From: Tubulanus polymorphus
Lineage: Eukaryota > Animalia > Nemertea
Reading direction: 5' to 3'
DNA length: 64,000 nt
Assembly: GCF_964204645.1 (NCBI RefSeq)
Contig: NC_134025.1
Location: 31,636,688-31,700,687 of the forward strand
The notes beneath the pieces are model-generated. The model ran no database searches and was not told the origin of the DNA. It saw nothing but the letters and a program-made list of their open reading frames with translations. The stretch's first letter is position 1, and every line of letters begins with the position of its first letter. Made by a program: the position numbers and the translations under genes. Below are positions 1 to 12,620 of this stretch, one piece after another.

Positions 1-127
1 TCCTTGATTCACAGAATAAAAAGAATTAGTAAATAAAAAAGTGAAAAGTTAAATCGATTTGTTGTCTGTCTGTAGTCTATATGTGTGTATATGTATAGCC
101 CCTCACTGAGCGTCGATACTGCGGTAT

Positions 128-292
128 GCGCCCCCTGGTGACATCTGGAAGATTTAATCCGTTTAATCTTGCTGTAGACCGATTCCTGGGATTATAAACT
201 AACAGCGCGGAATGTGCCCCCTACCGGTCGACACGTAAATTAGAATCATTACAACTACTTTATATTCCTATAATCAGAGGCCCCCTAGTGCG
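128..292 (-). promoter_or_regulatory. Cluster of three co-oriented CTCF-like motifs
   Basis: GCGCCCCCTGGTGAC (128-142), GTGCCCCCTACCGGT (214-228) and AGGCCCCCTAGTGCG (278-292) match the reverse complement of the CTCF core CCAC/GYAGRKGGCRS. Confidence 0.5.
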
Positions 293-510
293 AAACGACC
301 GAACTAAATCTGTACCGGGAATTTTTAACTATACGGGGTTCACGGTTACAGAGCAGGGGGTCCATCGGGCTGTTGGTGATAACGAGTAACCAGGTACGGA
401 AACCTCGAGTCACGTGACACTTACAGTAAACACCTGCATCGATGAACTGAAGAAGTTAAGTGTTCATCAGATTGATTTCTGAAGGAGTGACAGTAAAGAC
501 TACATTCACC

Positions 511-1150
511 AGGAGTCAGTCCCACAATCTAGGAGTCAGTCCCACAATCTAGGAGCCAGTCCCACAGTCTAGGAGTCAGTCCCACAATATAGGAGTCAGT
601 CCCACAATCTAGGAGCCAGTCCCACAACCCAGGAGCCAGTCCCACAACCCAGGAACCAGTCCCACAACCCAGGAGCCAGTCCCACAATCCAGGAGCCAGT
701 CCCACAATATAGGAGCCAGTCCCACAATATAGGAGCCAGTCCCACAATATAGGAGCCAGTGCCACAACCCAGGAACCAGTCCCACAATCTAGGAGCCAGT
801 CCCACAATCTAGGAGCCAGTCCCACAATATAGGAGCCAGTCCCACAATCTAGGAGCCAGTCCCACAATATAGGAGCCAGTCCCACAATCTAGGAGCCAGT
901 CCCACAATCTAGGAGCCAGTCCCACAATCTAGGAGCCAGTCCCACAATCCAGGAGGCAGTCCCACACTCTAGGAGCCAGTCCCACAATCTAGGAGCCAGT
1001 CCCACAATCTAGGGGCCAGTCCCACAATCTAGGGGCCAGTCCCACACTCTAGGAGCCAGTCCCACAATCTAGGAGCCAGTCCCACACTCTAGGAGCCAGT
1101 CCCACACTCTAGGAGCCAGTACCACAATCCAGAAGCCACTCCCACAGTCC
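511..1150 (+). repeat. 20-bp minisatellite, ~32 copies
   Basis: Unit AGGAGCCAGTCCCACAATCT with point variants. Confidence 0.98.
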
Positions 1151-1659
1151 AGGGGGGCAGTTCGACAGTACAGAGGAGCCGACCCTATAGTTTTCCAGCC
1201 TGACCCCTTATTCCTGAAGCCAGTGTCACAGTTCAACAGTGAAATCGGGTGCAGGATCTATTTGAATTTAATCAACTTTTGAGTAACATTGAACCATTGC
1301 AAACCTGATCATTCTATTGTAGGAAACAAAGGGTTGTTTATATTCTAAACATTTGTTCCTGGTTATCTTCGATCTAAACCGCAAAATGAATCAGTTAAAA
1401 ACCGCTGATAATTACGGAGAGATTTAAAAACTGCGATACAATTCAATATTCTATTTCGATCGATAAAATCAACACCGGTTTACGGCCCAACCGGATGTGA
1501 CGTGGATTAAGAAAATATTTGCGCGCTAACAATGTGCGAGACGCTTACTGCGGCAACTGAGGATGACATGTATTTTCATATTTCACACAACGAAAACAGT
1601 TAAACAGTTTTGCTGTTATTGCTGCATCTATTCGACTGAGAACACAGTTAACACACTGA

Positions 1660-1887
1660 GGAAACAAGTAAACTCATCTCTCAACTCGAATCCAATCAAA
1701 ACTCGAAACTCCGTTCAACTCAGCGAATGTTGACATTTTTCTTCTGTCTCCTAATGTTAAACCATACATTTAAATTCACTTTACTCGACTCGCTCGAACT
1801 GTTTTTTAACCGCAATTATGTTCAAACTCCTTCGTTGATTTTTGTTCTGGTCCCAATGAATTCTAGTTGAACGGATCGAGTCAACTG
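1660..1887. mobile_element. Possible decayed Tc1/pogo-type MITE
   Basis: Repeated AACTCG(A) submotifs and a right end of GGTCCC...GAATTCTAGTTGAACGGATCGAGTCAACTG resemble pogo/Tigger-like MITE ends. The TIRs are too decayed to verify. Confidence 0.3.
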
Positions 1888-2743
1888 GTTGATCCAACGT
1901 TCCGCGTGTTGTCGGTTAACTTGGACTTCAGTTAAAATTAGTTCATTTTCGACAAGTTCTAATTGAGCTCAACTCGATACAACTATCGGACTGAGTCGAC
2001 AGTTACTTCCGTAAGAGATGACCTCATTGTCGATGTTTCAGCTAAGTCAAATCTCACGTGGATGAAACTCTGCGCTGCGTCCAGGATCCACAATAAACTC
2101 AGAAATTACCCGAGCTGCCAACTGCGCGACTGTGACACAAATCAATCATATAATTTAAGACCAGTCATCGAATTGAGACCACTTGTGTTTGAAGAGTCTG
2201 GACTGCGCAACTTTTTTGCTCAGTTCCTAAAAAGGACCTATATTAGACATGTGACCGGAACCAGGTATTATGTGGGTTCGAGTCCCTTGTCTTTCGTCAT
2301 AACTTAGTTCATCGATGAACCCGGAGATGGCGCTCATTTTCCAAAAAAACTAGTTTAGAGTAAAAGAGTTATATTATTAATCTAATTTAGTCTCGCGTTC
2401 GTGTTAATAGATGGCGTATGTGTGTCTGGATTAGAGTTCACCAGGTACAGCTTATAGAAAACTCGACAATAATTAAAAACAATTTGTAGTTGGGCTAATC
2501 AGTGATTGACAGCTGAAACTGGCGGGACAACCGCTGATAGAGAAACAGTTTCCGGCATTTTGTAATTACAGTCAAGTGACTCAAGTGCGCGTTCGCTGTA
2601 CACAGAACACCACACAGAGCTCATTGCGCCGAGCTATGAATATAAACTCGATTGCCAGGGCTCGTTTCACATCGTTCAGTAGATTCATATTCTATATCGA
2701 CGATAATGATGCCATCATATTTTCCGACCCGATCATGAATTCA

Positions 2744-2961
2744 GGTGGATATATTATCCACATTCCTCCTTACAAGGTGGATATATTATCCACATGTCTC
2801 CAAGGTGGATATCCGCATCCTTCTTAGGTGGTGGATATATCCAAATTCTTCCAAAGTGGATTTCTACGGTGGATATTAGTCCACATTCGCGGTGGATATA
2901 TTACCCACATGCTTCCAAGGTGGATATATTATCCACATGTCTCCAAGGTGGATATATCCAC
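2744..2961. repeat. Array of ~9 palindromic GTGGATA..TATCCAC units
   Basis: For example, GTGGATATATTATCCAC occurs at ~2745, 2777 and 2920, separated by short related linkers. Confidence 0.9.
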
Positions 2962-5896
2962 AGCTATTAGACTATTAGGATATAGTCGAAACGTTGAATA
3001 AACTACTATCTCGAAGTTTTCATTTTCGGACTTTTTATTATCATTGTGGGATTCTCTCCTCATCGCGTCAACACGGATATTGTGTTCTACCTATCGTGAT
3101 CCACAGCTCACTCCACGACCCGGCCGTATCCTTGTACTTGGGATAAATTGTTATCCCTGTGGTTCGACACCGAAGATACGTCTGTATGGGGTGCCAGTTT
3201 TATCCACCGAGATCCACTTCCACAGTTCGTTAGATATAGTTAATTAGTTCATTTCCAATAAACCCAGAATGAGATGAGTGTGAATTGTAAAACTGGATCC
3301 AGCAGTGCTCTATCTAACCATCAAAACCGATCAAATAACTCACTTTAAACCAATCTTACGATTTAAAACTACCTTAGACTTAAGCCATGATTATAATACA
3401 AATATCGAAGAGTGTAAGTTTTAGTCGGATTTATAATATACGTCAGTGACCTCTATAATCGCTCATTGAAATTACAACATAATTATTTGATTAAAAATAC
3501 ATTGCAATACGTGGATCAGTCACATCCGCATTCTCGGGTCCTGGCTATTTTTGTGAGTGCTGCTAACCGGAAGTGAAAGGATTCGCCCCCTATCGCTTTA
3601 TCGAGGCATCGTGAATTCCAAATATAAAACAAACATTTGTCAATAATGGATGAAATGAATTCTAGAGAAAACAACAGACATCAGTTCTCTACAGAGCTCC
3701 ATCCAACTGTCGATATCGACTATATTGGAATTTACAGAATATACACTCAACTGAACCTTGCTGTGTGTGTCACGTGTCATCCTCGAGCTTTCCTGCTAAA
3801 AGTTTTTATTTTATTGACAATGACCTTTACATGGTCACGTGATATAGCGAGCTCATCTCCGAGCTTGTCTCAAATAGAAACAATAAAAACTGCATTCGAT
3901 TTTTAAAACTTTTATTTCCATTAGCTACAATGTTTCATCGCAATGTAACTGAAAAGTTACAGTATCTATAAATATATTTTATGTAATAAGTTATTGCGGT
4001 CCTACAACTATGAATTCACAATATTGGGAATTTAGTTACAAAGTCTCAACAACAAGTTAAATTGTATCTGAATGGAATATTACAAATTACAGCCAGTTTT
4101 ATTACAATTCATTTCAGATATTAACAATAAGTATAGGGCTCTAACAAAGTCACACAAAATATAAGTCGCAAAGGTAAAATCCTCATCGCTAAAACCCGGA
4201 TCAAAAAATCAATAGGATTATCATGCACCATGTATTTATAGGTATCTATCTTATTTTATTATATGTTATTTGAACAGACAAAGAAACAAGTTTTATATTA
4301 CCTTATACCATCAGACCCTAAACCTCCCTCAACACGTCGAGTATGGCAGACAATAAATCTGTAGCGAGGCCCCATTAGGCTATTCTCTCTAAGCGTACCC
4401 CTACAGGGCATTGTATTTTTGTAGTCTGCCTCGGGCAAATGTGGCGCCTCGGGGAGAATAGAAAAAATATGAACTATCGACCAAAAAATCTCTCGATTCT
4501 TGTTGGATTCAAAAATAAACCTAGTTACAACAGTTTTATATCGTTTCAGATTGTGACGAGTCTCAGAAATACGTGGTCAAACGAAACCGCGCTCATTGGA
4601 GTAGCATTTATTCAAAATCATCGTTTCATCAATTACAAGAAAATACAAGTTTATTTACGTACAAAATTTCAGTAATAATACAGTGGCAAAAAGAAAGGAT
4701 GAGTCGAGTCTACTCTACAAATCGCAGAATGTGATATCTCATTGTGAATATATCAAGATTACTGGACACCTGATCCACACTTTCTTCCCCTCTTCCCCTC
4801 TCCACTCTCCACTCTCTAAGACTGTGACTCGTCTCTCGGGCTCTCGAACCTGTGTTTGTACGAGATGCTACCAGGAGAAAAGGACAAAAGTGAAGAGAAC
4901 TTAAGGACCGGGTTCGGTTAGAGATGTTTTAATGATGCTCTCCCCTCGTTCTCGATGAGGCCGAACACGAGTTACTACTGCATTCTCTCCGCAACCAGAC
5001 AATGGTTTCTATTGAATGAGGTTTGATTGTTTCGGTGTTAGTAACGTCGTGTCTAGGGAGACAGCGTCACAGCGCCTAGTTTAACTCTATTGTTGCCTCT
5101 TAATGGACCTATTATTGCCGGGGCCTGCGCGGGTTTTACACTATTGGTCAAGTATCCTGACGAATAGAAATGCACAGATACAGTCGAATCGACGAAATAA
5201 CTGGGTCATAACTATCGTGCCAGTCTGCCAGCCTGCTAGCCTGTCACCCTACCATCCTGTTAGCCTGTCACCCTGCTAGCCATACTGCCAACCCGGTCAA
5301 CCAGTCACCAAATTAGCTTGTTACCGCACCAGCCCATCTATCGCGGAGTAACTGAGCCAGTCTATTGACCAGTCCAGACAGGGTGACAGGGTGAAATGTT
5401 ATGTTGCGGTATGTACCCTTTGCCCCGCACCCCTACACGCAGATCTCACACGTGTATTGACATATATAGAAGGCCTGGTTATTGCCCACAACAACTGAAC
5501 ACTTCAAACTGAGACAACACGAAATTCAATCCCTACTTTACAAATACAAGAGGTTTCACTTTAGTGATTTAGTTTCTCTCTCTGAAGAGTGGCCTCCGCT
5601 GTTCTGTGAAAATAACCATTTAATACCTGGCCATTCACAATTACAAATAGCTGTCATTAAACTGACAATGGTTGAACTGACAGGTCATTATTGTGACGAC
5701 CTGGTAACGTGTCCCATTGTTGACAACTTATACTTGAATTTCACATTAATTATGAATTACATTTTACCAACACCTGACATTAGTTTAAATTTCATTGGTT
5801 TAAAATTACACCCATAATAAACCCTTAAATATACGTAGATCTAATTCAATCAATGTCTCGCTGTCACTTTTATTTGACACAGAGTTTAAACACACC

Positions 5897-6061
5897 AGCG
5901 ACACCTGGCGTCACCCAACAGAAGTTACTAGATCAAATGCTAGGGGGCGCACTATCTGTTGTTATGTTAAATTAATGTTAAGATTCCTTTTCCCGATTGT
6001 CTACGTTTATTTAGCATAGCGACACCTAGCGGCCCCTAAAGGAGTTACCACCAGGGGGCGT
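5897..6061. promoter_or_regulatory. Cluster of four CTCF-like motifs in alternating orientation
   Basis: AGCGACACCTGGCGT (5897), TGCTAGGGGGCGCA (5938), AGCGACACCTAGCGG (6018) and CCACCAGGGGGCGT (6048). Confidence 0.5.
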
Positions 6062-6690
6062 ACTGTCGTGTAAATGATTTTGAACATAAACGCTGGATTT
6101 GTCACAATGTTGCCAATAGTAACGCAACAATAATGGACGGGAATGTACCGGTCACGTGTTATTTTGTTTGAAGCTTTGAAGTCTGTTTGCTTGAACCTGA
6201 AATGTTTAAATGTACCCTTCACGATCAGTGAGGAGCCCGTAGCTTGGGAGCAGGAAGACCCCCGGTATTTACACCACGCGCGGTAGCAGCAGTTGCAGCG
6301 ATTCTGTCATCAAAAGAAGCTTGAAGCTGCTTGAAGCTGCTGGATGGTGAAAGTACATCCCGTGAATTCAGTGAAGCGAATTAAATAAATATTAAACTAG
6401 TGAAAATGTTTGAACTCAACGCAAACATTCCTCACTTCAAAACTCATGCGTCACTTCCGGCGTTGACTGACGTGTACGCATGCGCAGTCGTTGGATGATG
6501 AAACACACTTAGATAACACTGCGAATAATAGGATGATACCAGACGATTGATTTATCGATTGATTTTCAGAATATTCTCGAATTCATTGTGTTCATCATTT
6601 TTTTTACAATATATGATGATCAGGGTTTAACAGCCTGAAGGGTGGAACACACTGTAGTGTGTCATTGATTCCAGTAAACCCTGCTCTGTA

Positions 6691-6722
<32 letters not shown>

Positions 6723-7368
6723 ATCCCTCTCTTAGTTCGGTGACAAATATACCTGATAAAATAGTTTCGTCGATGTTATTATTCGGTATGTTAATGGTTT
6801 TTGTATGTCCTCTATCTACGAATCGATATTCGGAGGTTATAAAATGTGGACGCGCGGGTCTCGACAGACGAGGAGATGATGCACAGATTATTCCTCATTT
6901 ATCAATAACAGAACTAAACCGTTAAAAAATAAACACGCGCGCGCGTGCGCACCCCGCGTAAACTAGTCTGTCTGGACTCCTCCGAGCGTTACATCTCAAT
7001 TATTCATAATTGCCATAGCGACCATTGTTGAAAAAGCGACTCAAAAAAACGAGTTTGTGACAAATTCAAAATGAAGGCAGAATCGATAAATGTATACCGT
7101 CTCAGACACACAGACAGACACACAGACAGACGAATCGGTGTCGGCTTTTATATGTTTTTTTTCTTGATGTGATAGTTTGAAGAGATTTGCTGCTTACATG
7201 CACCAGGGCCATCCAGTTACACAGTTCCAGTTCCACTGAATTATCAGCCAAACTCGGATAAGTCAACATTTGGATAAGTTGTCACATTACTGAAGTTATC
7301 TCTATTTTTTCAATTATCAACATAATATAATCATCACAAATGCGACTATAGCGAATGTCACTATCCAG

Positions 7369-7438
7369 GTGGAACTGTGTGGAACTGCGTGGAACTGTGT
7401 GGAACTGCGTGGAACTGCGTGGAACTGGTGGTGGAACT
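7369..7438 (+). repeat. 10-bp tandem repeat GTGGAACTG(C/T), ~7 copies
   Basis: Directly visible. Confidence 0.95.
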
Positions 7439-7689
7439 ATAAGGATTGGATCGTTTAGACTCAGACAATAATATTATTGTCATTTCGCCATCCATTCTCT
7501 ACAGCACAAAAATGCACCAATGACCCGGCGTTTAGTTAATAGAAACCCGAACAATTACTCATAATAGACGAAATTGGTTTCGTAAATTAGGAAGGCGGAG
7601 AGAAGTGCAATTACAAGCAATAACAGGTCAACAATAAACTCTATAGACACGATTATTATACAAATGTATATAATAGGAATTCACTTTCC

Positions 7690-7727
7690 CAAACTACAGC
7701 TATAGTAGCTACTATAGCTGTAGTTTG
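7690..7727. repeat. Perfect 38-bp palindrome
   Basis: CAAACTACAGCTATAGTAG|CTACTATAGCTGTAGTTTG, with no spacer. Confidence 0.97.
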
Positions 7728-9662
7728 TTGGAGGCCCGTCTAAATCCCAGGGCATCTTAGATCAAACTCTCAAAATTATGAGTGTCCCTTTGTTTTAAGG
7801 ACATTTTATGACCCTGGAAAAAGCTTTTTTCCAATGAAAAGGTCAGCGGCATCTTCATGACCCTCAGATTGTACCCTTGGGGAACCCCTCTTCCAATTTA
7901 ACTGATCGACTTTTTTAAGAATTGTAACCAGTGCTATGTTGTTTGTTTGCGAGTGCATTCAGACGCGTTTTTTACGCATCTGTTAATTTAGTTGTATTTT
8001 CCCACTCTTTCTACTCTGTTGGAAGCTGGTTTATGATACTGCGGGCTAGGTTTAGGGCTCATGCCGTTATTCTACCGTTGAACTAGTACATCACCAGCAG
8101 GGTGGATGTAACATACTCGTTATATTTAGACCATTAGACCGAAGAACCCCTATAGGTTCACTTAGACCTGCCGTCAAATAATCCTTTTTGAATATAGCTT
8201 TCTATTTCTCTCTCTATCTCTCTTTCCTCGTGAAAACCATTTCTCATGTTCAAAAAATCAACTTCATACAGCCTGTTACTCTGTCACATCCAGTCCCTTC
8301 CTTAGACACTCAATATTCTATCACCATTTTGACAACTTCAGAACTTCACCTGAGACATTTTCGATTTAAGATTAACCACAAACACCAGCCATCAGCACAC
8401 TTTCAAAAACTGTTCGTCCAAAACTAATAATATGAAAACTATTTATACTTATAAACTTATATACTTTAATGATGATTATCGGCAAGGTGCGAGTTCCAGG
8501 CTGCAGCAAGGTGCGAGTTCCAGGCTCCAGATTGATACCAGGCATTAGTCAAGTCTGTGACATCAGTGGAATCGATTGACACCTAACTGTTAATGGACAC
8601 GTGATAATGACGTGTAGGCATCATTACAGAGATAACCACATGTCGCCATAGCGGCCATCTTTAATGGTATAAAAATCCACGACTGGACCAAATTAGAGTC
8701 TGCACGTTTTCAATGAGAATGTTTTGGATTGGATTCACCGAATTGGGTCCCATTAGCAGACGAGACTGGTGACAGACGACAGATGTACGGGTAACAAAGC
8801 ACTACCTATCACCCCCGGAATTCGTCTTTAGTTGGACTGAACCGGACGTGATTGACAGAAATCGTGCGTTCATTTTGTGGTAATCATTTTTGTCCCCGCC
8901 CAAGTGATTACTGATCGAGCACAGGCCGCCGCACCGACCGTCTGCCAGTCACTTCATAAATCCGCATTATAACACACTACACCAGATTTAATATACTCCA
9001 AGAGTACGCGCAGGTCTATATTAAAACTAGTGTGTATCCGAACTGGTTTTTGTTGAAGGGGAGACTCTCTGTGAACGAAAGACTCGGCGAATTTGAACAA
9101 TCGCGCTTTTAGTAAATAGACTTCAGTATTCAATTGAAAATGGGTTTTATTGTAGTCGATTGTTACTGGTATAATAGCAGGTCACAGCTTCTTGTAATTA
9201 CTAACCTATGAGGCGTAGCATGTTCACAATAGCCCCGTGAAGGGTGTTAGAACCCTACCGTTTTATATAGTGTTCCCAGCTTTTAGATTTTGGTCGGATT
9301 TCTACCTTAAATATGTGACGGTCATTGTGTTAGGTCGGTGAGCTCAGACAATTAACTATAGACACTGTACATAATAAACGCGATATAATTGGAGTTCGTT
9401 TCGTCTAAGATTGAAATGGTTTTAAAGAATTGAAGACAAATTGTTGTAGTTTTGTATTCGCGAATATACCACACGTTATATGTCATAGTGCGCAGACGAG
9501 AGAGAGAGAGAAAGAGAGACAAGTTATTTCTGTGTGTGTGTGTCCCAGTACAAATTGAATTCCGATAATTGCCAAGAAAACAAAAGATAAGCTGGTGCGT
9601 TCACACTCCAGTAATAACAATTTGCTGCTGGTCTCACATTCGCGAGGTATAGTAGCTGCTCC

Positions 9663-9696
<34 letters not shown>

Positions 9697-10456
9697 GCTA
9701 CTGGAAATTGTAGCAAAAAATCTATTTCCATCTTATTCGAATTTTGTGCGTTTTGGTGAAAGCACTTAATTATTGGTATCGGTGCTGATGTTGTTTGAGC
9801 AGATAAAATCTATTAGAGAGTTTGAGGTTATAGACCTCCGTGTTTGAAGAAGGGAGGTGTGGGAAGGTGCGGGGAGGTGCGGGGAGGAGGATCTACGGAA
9901 ATCAGTTCATCCATTTCATCCAGTTTCAGGTGGAAAATATTAAATTAAAAAAAACACGAAACGAAGTTCATTTGGTCAAATGTTTGTCATAAAAAATGAT
10001 ACATGAAACATAAACTTTCATATAGATTTGATATTGTCTCATATTTTCTGTTTGTTTCTGTCGGTAATTAGTGCTGCTACTGTTACGTTTGACCAATCAA
10101 AACTGGTGGTAGGTCACGTGTCAGTAACACGTGACAATAATGGCCGCTGATAATTGATGTCCGTTACAAACAATAGTGCAATCACCACTACATCACCTTG
10201 CCACACACCACACCTGCGTTTAATTATCACACACCTGAGTCTGGGTTCATTTTGTTATTAGTTTTAACAATATTCAACCTCCGCAATCCATTTCTAGTCG
10301 TAATTCATTGTTTCCATCAATAATTGGGAAATCATTACGTGATATATATTTACTATATATATACATGTGATGTTGATTTGATTGTCTTTGACATTTCTCA
10401 TATGCCTCATGATAATTTAAATTATTGTTCGTGAAAGGTATTTCAGCCTATCGTAC

Positions 10457-10717
10457 CTTTCTCCTTTTCTCTCTATTTCTCCTCTCTCCTCTTCTCTCCT
10501 TTTCTCTCTATTTCTCCTCTCTCCTCTTCTCTCTCCTCTCTCTCTCCTTTTCTCTCCATCTCTTCTCTCTCCTCTCTCTATTTCTCCTCTCTCCTCTCTC
10601 TCCTTTTCTCTCTATTTCTCCTCTCTCCTCTCTCTCCTTTTCTCTCTATTTCTCCTCTCTCCTCTCTCTCCTTTTCTCTCCATCTCTCCTCTCTCTTCTT
10701 CTCTCTCCTCTCTCTCT
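10457..10717 (+). repeat. CT-rich polypyrimidine low-complexity tract
   Basis: Degenerate (CT)n/CTCCT repeats. Similar tracts occur at 27040-27305 and 39317-39690, with GA versions at 15020-15087 and 38040-38210. Confidence 0.95.
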
Positions 10718-12305
10718 GTCATCATCTCTCGTCACATTATAGATAAAAACTACTAAAATCAAATGAATTCGAATAAAAATAAATAGAATGTTATTCATTA
10801 CTCTAAATACCCGGAGGCGCCCGTGACGGCAGCCACGATAGTAGTATCCACTCGTTCATTGTTCGCGTTTAGTTGAGTTTCCCGCTTAACCGGAGCCTTA
10901 CAAAAAACCTTTACAAATACAAATCAGTTGGGTGGTTGTAGAACCAGGCCTGTATTATGGGTCATACAGTAGTGGCAGGTATAGCGGACTATAAGGGCAG
11001 TCTAGTAAGCCGATTACTGAGGTGTCTCCGAATCAATCCATCAATTCTTATAAATCTGTAAATCTTCCGCACGAAGCCTATAATCATCGTACAACATGAA
11101 ACGTTTAAAGAAGAAACGTTTAAAGAGAATGAATTCTACCCGAAGATCGTCGGGAAACGTATAACCAAGAACATCTACTAACTTAAACTTCAAACTTCTG
11201 GTCACAAAGTTCGAGGCTCCCGATTAGAATGAGGCACAGACCTGTGATTTTGACCCACAGCTTACTGGTACCCCCTTTCAATGCTCAGATCCCAGTAAGT
11301 CTATTGGTAAAATCCAGTTAATGAGACCATCACCTTTTAGTTACCCCATTATAAACATCTTGGTTAACACCCACAATTTTTTTGTAAGACCCCACATTGG
11401 TCAGACCCGAGTTGATAACTCAGTCTTATGGTAGTTTTCCCACTATTTCACCTTGGTTAACACCGACGGTTTATTGTAGAGACTCCGGTGTAAAATCTAT
11501 TGTTAGTTGTGTCACAATATGAAGACAAGGAAGCCATAATTTACGGTATATAATTACATATGGCGGATGAATCGCTAGTTAAACCGTATTACATACCGAC
11601 ACCTGCGCGCAGGTGCAGCTGACATTGCCGCGGGGCGATACTCGCTTACCACAGTACGTGTCACAAGCAGCAAATAATTCTACATCCGGACCGGAAGTAG
11701 TCGTTACGTAATGAACAGCACGCGAACAAATAGAAAGAAATCGATACATTTTTCACGTATAGAAGAGTATAGAACGTGGTGTACCCTGGCAGGCGAGGTT
11801 ACCCTGGCAGGCGATGTTACTCGAAAATAGAATTGCGATGTAATAAAGTCTAAATTTGTTTGAACTAAGGTCAAGGCCAGTGTCGTACTGTGTTGTTTTA
11901 AAACAGCAGATTTACGAATCGATAAAACTATCCACGAGTTTTATATGAAACTAGGGCGTTTACACGTGTAGACAGCAGTAGTGTGAATGTCTCAGGTGTA
12001 TCAGTTCAATGTCGAATATAGAATGTCGTATGTCGAATATAGATCGTATCAGTTTAACATTGACGATTCCATCTCTCCCTGATAATTACTCAGCTAAGAG
12101 CTTTGTGCATAGTGAAAGTTGCTGCTTTCTGTCATAATTGAGCGGGAAAAAGGATTTTTTGCCCAAGGCACCGACAACACACAGTGACTGGTGCCGAGCT
12201 ACATCGAGCTGCTGAATGAGTACCGGTTTACTGATGTCGATCTGTAAGATCGAACAATGTTGATATACCATCGTCATATAGATTGCGACAACATATATAT
12301 CTACT

Positions 12306-12620
12306 CAGCCTCACAACCTCGCATTCTACCCCTAGCCTCACAACCTCGCATTCCCCACCCCCCCCAGCCTCACAACCTCGCATTACCCCCAGCCTCACAA
12401 CCTCGCATTCTACCCAGCCTCACAACCTCGCATTACCCCCAGCCTCACAACCTCGCATTCCCCCCCCCCCAGCCTCACAACCTCGCATTCCCCTCAGCCT
12501 CACCTCCAAGTCTCCCAGCTTTACAGTCTCACAGTCTCACAACCTCGCATTCTACCCCCAGCCTCACAACCTCGCTGTCTCAGCCTCACAGCCTATCAGT
12601 CTGTCCAATCTCACAGCCTC
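12306..12620 (+). repeat. ~26-32-bp minisatellite
   Basis: Core CAGCCTCACAACCTCGCATT followed by a variable C-run. Confidence 0.93.

Noticed and set aside
1963-2307. 114-aa ORF (and similar 100-137-aa ORFs at 5482, 23765, 47416 and 59753)
   Set aside because: They have no recognisable domain, several use non-ATG starts, and their lengths are compatible with chance.
2744-2961. CRISPR-like palindromic repeats, or bacterial DnaA boxes (TTATCCACA)
   Set aside because: The linkers are short and related to each other, and the context is animal genomic DNA. The DnaA-box match is a by-product of the palindrome.
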